DNA of 64,000 nucleotides. It comes from Thalia democratica. Its lineage: Eukaryota. This document shows, piece by piece, positions 59,901 through 64,000 of the stretch (the first letter of the stretch is position 1; each line of letters opens with the position of its first letter). The notes under the pieces are model-generated. The model saw nothing but the letters and a program-made list of their open reading frames with translations. It was not told the DNA's origin and ran no database searches. Made by a program: the position numbers and the translations under genes. The DNA lies in NCBI GenBank assembly GCA_965202585.1, contig OZ241833.1:29822001-29886000 (forward strand). Reading direction: 5' to 3'.

Positions 59901-60776
59901 TTAAAAACTGAACAGACTCTTTTTTACGTATGTAAACTGAAGTAAAATAGCATTTAAAAATTAGATTCTTATAGTTGTTTTCTTGTTTTGTTTTGATTTT
60001 TAGAAACTCAAATGCAGTGTGCTAAATTAAAACGTTACGCAATTAAGCTTTATTAAAATTGACATAACAAAATCAAGCTCTATTTTTAGCTTTAATCCTT
60101 GCAAGTCAAGCCTGTTTTAAAAAGAATAATTTCAAAACTTCATGTGGAAACTTTCAGATTAATCATGCTTGTTTCAAAAAGTCAACTCGAATTACTCAAA
60201 TACTTTAAACTATTCCTAATTGGTTTAAAACGTTAAAATTCTTCAGAAATGTCTAAAGTAATAAAACTGTCCGAAACTTAAATAAATCAAAGTAAAAAAG
60301 TAATAAAGGAGAAAATAATTCGTTTTGCTTGTTTTTTTTAGATTAAGGCATTACAAAACTTAAAAAAAACATCAAAAAGTACTATCAAAGTGGTATCAAA
60401 GTAATTTATGGAATTACTTATGGATGTAGTTTTATATAATCAAAACAAATTAATTTTTCTTTGTAGTTTTATGAAAAAAAGTAATCAAAAAGTATGTGTT
60501 TTTAAGTATTGGGCTATAAAATTAAAAAAAAAGTTCTAAACTAAAAAACAACCCTCCTTTTTACGTAGATGAGCTTATAAAACAAATAGTTACAATTTTT
60601 TCTTTAAAACGACCATGAAACAAAACTCACAAATTCGTCAGTTCTGATCGGAAGCCCGTCTTTTTGCCACGTGACTTCTGGTTTCGGTCGACCCTTGACC
60701 AGGCAGTTGAGGTTGAGGGGATCGCCCAATTGCCTCTCTATCGCCGCTGGTGGCGTGCGCTGGAACATTGGAGGTT
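38757..60776 (-). CDS. IGSF9: IGSF9/turtle-family Ig-FN3 transmembrane adhesion receptor, 5'-partial, 18 exons in window: 60776-60631,59608-59476,57783-57678,56588-56404,53475-53327,52321-52061,51642-51480,51257-51146,50826-50651,50408-50222,49845-49643,48241-48101,46027-45982,42999-42923,41487-41371,40849-39923,39631-39316,38958-38757
   Basis: Four Ig domains, two FN3 domains, TM and long tail in one frame through GT-AG junctions (3647 nt, stop TGA 38759-38757). Recognisable IGSF9-like segments: PPIIHTKPKSITV...CKAGGYPANITYEW, CVARNGYKPNPNASASLEVEYAAEV, LRWIPGFDGGFQQHFIIW. Signal peptide and Ig1 not found in the window. Confidence 0.85.
39316..39631 (-). CDS. IGSF9: IGSF9-like penultimate exon (MESSLPSSGYESRNSS...)
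   Basis: cacactag| acceptor, AG|GTGGTG donor, phase 2. Confidence 0.78.
39923..40849 (-). CDS. IGSF9: IGSF9-like large cytoplasmic exon (Q/P/S-rich, 308 codons)
   Basis: tccaccag| acceptor, G|GTGAGT donor; matches the 289-aa ORF. Confidence 0.85.
41371..41487 (-). CDS. IGSF9: IGSF9-like cytoplasmic exon (VVVRKKKGGLTRLKRKFSWRNK)
   Basis: ttcatag| acceptor, G|GTTTTC donor, phase 1-1. Confidence 0.78.
42923..42999 (-). CDS. IGSF9: IGSF9-like cytoplasmic exon (LVALKKRSSKASADSVDDFDSRELA)
   Basis: tttttacag| acceptor, G|GTTTTT donor. Confidence 0.72.
45982..46027 (-). CDS. IGSF9: IGSF9-like 46-nt juxtamembrane exon (IRREKEINIEKGKYS)
   Basis: tttttgcag| acceptor, AA|GTATGT donor; needed to restore frame between the TM exon and 42999. 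Confidence 0.7.
48101..48241 (-). CDS. IGSF9: IGSF9-like exon: transmembrane helix (MAVVGGSVFMLVFILLVVVIYLYY)
   Basis: caaacag| acceptor, A|GTTTGT donor; hydrophobic span inside a GC-rich exon. Confidence 0.88.
49643..49845 (-). CDS. IGSF9: IGSF9-like exon: FN3-2 C-half (LYADKVYAFRINSV)
   Basis: tttactag| acceptor, G|GTCAGC donor. Confidence 0.82.
50222..50408 (-). CDS. IGSF9: IGSF9-like exon: FN3-2 N-half (LLKWNAPY...YQIEYRE)
   Basis: cgcacag| acceptor, AG|GTGGGT donor. Confidence 0.85.
50651..50826 (-). CDS. IGSF9: IGSF9-like exon: FN3-1 C-half (DDLKPDTHYEFQLLAENQMG)
   Basis: ttttcacag| acceptor, C|GTCGGT donor (phase 1 is required by the next exon). Confidence 0.85.
51146..51257 (-). 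CDS. IGSF9: IGSF9-like exon: FN3-1 N-half
   Basis: cttttag| acceptor, TG|GTTGGT donor; AHLRWIPGFDGGFQQHF. Confidence 0.9.
51480..51642 (-). CDS. IGSF9: IGSF9-like exon: Ig5 C-half (DNGLWRCVVAN)
   Basis: gacgtcacag| acceptor, G|GTTTGT donor. Confidence 0.85.
52061..52321 (-). CDS. IGSF9: IGSF9-like exon: Ig4 C-half and Ig5 N-half (DEGYYRCRPYN...SCRGSGDPKPVVYWEQ)
   Basis: ttcaacag| acceptor, CAG|GTTAGG donor. Confidence 0.92.
53327..53475 (-). CDS. IGSF9: IGSF9-like exon: Ig4 N-half (VKCTTDANPPTDHVTWYKG)
   Basis: cacacag| acceptor, AAG|GTTTGA donor. Confidence 0.88.
55972..56452 (-). repeat. Tandem array of 4 units (138, 129, 130 bp spacing), each comprising the last ~45-50 nt of the Ig3 exon, its donor and intron start
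   Basis: Donor-equivalent positions 56404 (true), 56266, 56137, 56007. Each unit has GGTAC(A/G)A(G/A)CCG...GTC(G)AGT|GT(T/A)AGT..TGACGTCA-like sequence. Confidence 0.9.
56404..56588 (-). CDS. IGSF9: IGSF9-like exon: Ig3 C-half
   Basis: ttaccag| acceptor, T|GTTAGT donor; WHYNG...GNLQLSNVRKEDANATVTCVARNG. Confidence 0.9.
57678..57783 (-). CDS. IGSF9: IGSF9-like exon: Ig3 N-half
   Basis: tttcacag| acceptor, GA|GTTAGT donor. Confidence 0.88.
57858..57921 (-). repeat. SINE-like family, copy 4 (partial)
   Basis: CCTTTCGGTAATCGGGTCGCACTCCACGTATACCTTTTAACGTCTTGTCCGGGA matches the family core. Confidence 0.6.
59476..59608 (-). CDS. IGSF9: IGSF9-like exon: Ig2 C-half (GNLVIYKVARHHQGQYICQGSN)
   Basis: ttccacag| acceptor, G|GTATGA donor. 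Confidence 0.9.
60631..60776 (-). CDS. IGSF9: IGSF9-like exon: Ig2 N-half (PPMFQRTPP...CLVKGRPKPEVTWQKDG)
   Basis: ctacag| acceptor, TTT|GTGAGT donor. Confidence 0.88.
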
Positions 60777-62390
60777 CTGTAGAGCGAATAATTTTTGTAA
60801 AATAAATAAAAAGGGTATAGAGGTTATGTTAACTTTAATGAAAAAAAACAATAATTTTGAGTAAGTAGTTTTATTTGTTTTACATATTTCTTAAATAATA
60901 TTTTTTTCAATTTTAAAACTTGTATAACTTAAGAATAAAAATGTTTTCAGACAAACTAAAAAAATAAAGGTTAAATTTAAAAGTATTTGGTGTTTTGCTA
61001 CTTTAACTATTTATAAAACTTTATACTAAAAGTGCTTCACAATTTGTTTTTTTTTGTAATCTTTTTCAACTTTCATTTCATGGAAAAAAAAATTCAGAAA
61101 ATAAAAATAAAAAATAGTGTAATCTGCTTTTAATTACGCTATTTTAGAATTAAAATAGTTTAACAATGAGACTTGTTTTTTTACAAGACTTAAAGTTTAA
61201 GCTTAAAGAGACCTAATTATTTAGAGCTTAAATTGTTTTTATGTGGTTTATGATCTAATTGTTTACAGACTTCTGACAAAAAAATTAATTTAAATTAGGT
61301 GTAGTTGGGTACGTCTTCTAAAATACTTTTAAAGTTTTAAAATAAAGAATAAAAAATCTAAACACAAATCAAAAAAAGTTAGTTTACATCGAAACTAACA
61401 AACAATATAGATTGTAAAAGTTTTACACTTGATTTTTAATTGGATTCCCCAAAAATAATGCTAAATCACTTATTTCGAGATAATGATAACAACTTACTAG
61501 ACTTTGATAAAATATGATTTAGTTTAAAATAAACAAAGTTTATGTTAAAGTATAATTTTCAATAGATATATTACGGCCTGTACAAAAATATCAACTAATT
61601 TAAGACGGCAAAACTAATTAGCGAGGAAATTAGTAAACAAAGAAACAGTAGTTTTTTAAAACGACAATCGTGTACTATTTAATTAAATTAGGCAGACATT
61701 CTCGGAATTTAATTAATTCGAATCTCGCTACATACAGCTGTTAAGGTCACGAGGTCAAGCAGGGGTTTTACTACGACAACTAAAGTGTTAATTGATAGAT
61801 TATTGCTTGTTGCTTTTAATAAATTGAAGTTGTCAAAACTTTAAAAGTTTAATATGAAATTTTTCTATTATTATGTTTTATAGTTAAAACATACTAAATA
61901 TTTTTTTTCAAAACAAGCGGTATACAATGTAAGCAGCATGTAAATGAGATACTGTTTACAAGCTGATCTTAAAACCAACCAAAACAACTTAATTAATTCT
62001 TTTTGAACTTCAAAAAATTTATTCACATAACTTTACAGGCAGTCAGTTTGTTTAAACATATTAAAATTTGTATATTTAGAAAGGATTAAACTCACACACC
62101 TTTGTTGTCAATACAACTGCATTAACAACAAAATACAAAATCGTGTTTTTATGAAAGTGTCGAGACTTTTACGAGACTGCTTGAGGGTCAAGAGGTTCAC
62201 AGAGGCGTTGCCATAACGACCTTACACCGTCAAGAAAAGTAATAAATCTGTTGCTCGTGGTTTTAAGTCAAACTTTACAGTAAGCACGATAGCACTCAGT
62301 TGATCAAAAATCGAAACAAAAACCCAAGTTTCGTCTTCTTTTGAAAACGATCAAAAAACTATTGAAGTAATAAATTAACTCGTCTTTATA

Positions 62391-62394
<4 letters not shown>

Positions 62395-62421
<27 letters not shown>
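62395..62421. repeat. (TA)n microsatellite
   Basis: Direct reading. Confidence 0.9.
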
Positions 62422-62426
<5 letters not shown>

Positions 62427-64000
62427 CTTTAATCATTATAGCTTCGTACTTCTTTAATTAATCAAACTATTTCTAAAACAATAAATTACGAGCTCAGTGT
62501 ATAAAATTTCTAATGTATTTGTTATAATTAGCGTTCTAAAACTTCAAGGGTCAAGGGGTCGATTGTTTTGAGTCCCTACTGTGACCTAAGCTCAACATAA
62601 AACTTATGAATTCGCTTATGAATTTCAACAAAGCTTGTCAAAACATTTTGATTGGCTTACAGCAGCTTTCACAGTCGTCACGGCAACTACGAAGGGCTTA
62701 TTGCCATGGAAACGCATGTCAACCCACCTATAATGCTTTCACATATATCGACTGTGGGATGAATTATTTATGGGCGCCAGTTTTATTTGCAAACTTGTTC
62801 ACCTAACCATGGGGGTTTATTAAAAGTGTTTTCGACGCATACTTTACTTGAACTTCGTGAGGCTTATACATATGTTTTACCATTTGCAATTTCATGTTAA
62901 ATAAGCGGCAACTTTTAGTCCAAGTGAACTTTTAGATTCAACCCGCAAAAATATGTATAACTAATTTTCGCGTAAAGGTAAAAATAGCTGAGCCACTTTA
63001 AAAAAATTAATATTAGAAAATTGTTTTTGAACCTTAAAATTGCTTTATTAAATATGAGTCCAATTACAAAATTGCATAGAGCTGTCAATTATTTTGTCTA
63101 CGATCAAAGACAGCAGAGTCGTAAAATAAATTAGTTCGATGGCCGTTAAAAAAGTTTGAAATTTTTTAAGAACAATTTTACAGTTTTATGCGTTGTCTTT
63201 TAAAACATGAAAATCTAAAACTAAAGAAAAACTATAAATGAAAATAATGTAAATGTGTTATGTGATAATTAAATCATTAATAAAGAATAAACAGCTTAAT
63301 TCCAAAAACTTACCTGCAATTGCTAAATTAAAAATTACGAAGAAGAATTTTAACATAAAAAATATTTTTTTTACGAATTTGCTTGACTTCATTTTTAGTT
63401 ATCAATAATCATTTAAAAGTCTGAAAATCAATAGTATGCCATTACTAAAACTGGGCTAAGATAAATATACAGTGTAACTAGATTGAATAGAACTCAGTTT
63501 GTCCAACAAAACTGCATTTAAAAGAATTAAAAAAATTTAAATTAAAAAAAATATGTATCTTATTAACTAAAAACTGCTGGTAAAATTAAAGTCTAAAAAG
63601 TCAAGATTACTTTAACTTGAACTTTCTGCACTAAAATATAATTTTTGTATACTTTTGAACTGATATACATTCGTAAAAAACTTTAATTTGTTTTTCTCGA
63701 ATTCAACATGAACATATTGAATTAATCCACCTTTTTTCTGATCTCAGATGTTCTCTATAATATATATCGACTTGATATAAAACTTGAATTAATCCGAAAT
63801 TTCTACTAGCTCGAGCACTGCCTAGCGGATAGTTGTTTGAAACACATATAAAATTTAAGAAATAAGATTTTGCACTTAAACAAAATTTTGATTGCTGTTT
63901 TTTTAGCAATAGCGACGGCTCGTGGATACTTATTTTAAGTTTTTTATGCTCTTTTAATCTAAATTGTTTAAATTTGAGTTTAAAAATGTCACCTTTAAAA

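Noticed and set aside
62095-62222. Possible Ig1 exon (GRYGNASVNLL...)
   Set aside because: Lacks the D-x-G-x-Y-x-C motif, has a weak acceptor, and the available donor would create TAA with the next exon.

Overview
Eukaryotic genomic DNA with very AT-rich introns and intergenic DNA and GC-rich exons. Donor usage (GTTGGT/GTTTGT/GTTAGT) and abundant TGACGTCA and GTTRCYATGG motifs suggest an invertebrate chordate such as an ascidian; this is inference only. I reconstructed two spliced genes by hand, both on the minus strand, with GT-AG junctions and consistent phases. (1) A complete 7-exon Y-box/cold-shock-domain gene, 25718-8565, 328 aa. (2) 18 exons of an IGSF9/turtle-type adhesion receptor, 60776-38757, about 1214 aa in the window (Ig2-5, 2xFN3, TM, long tail ending VSSF); the signal peptide and Ig1 were not found and probably lie beyond 64000. 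Mobile DNA includes a decayed CR1/L2-group LINE, hAT-type MITEs, a MITE-like family with a central telomere-like motif, and a SINE-like family. The most unusual observations are: (a) a 3.7-kb island in Y-box intron 5 carrying an R2/RLE-type RT relic, repeated Nudix-box relics, a RING-finger ORF and an orphan ORF, possibly an endogenous viral or cargo element; (b) repeated short 'echoes' of exon edges, with their splice sites, 120-400 bp into neighbouring introns of both genes, including a candidate poison or short-isoform acceptor in the Y-box gene; (c) several hairpin RNA candidates. All calls are manual and no database searches were run.
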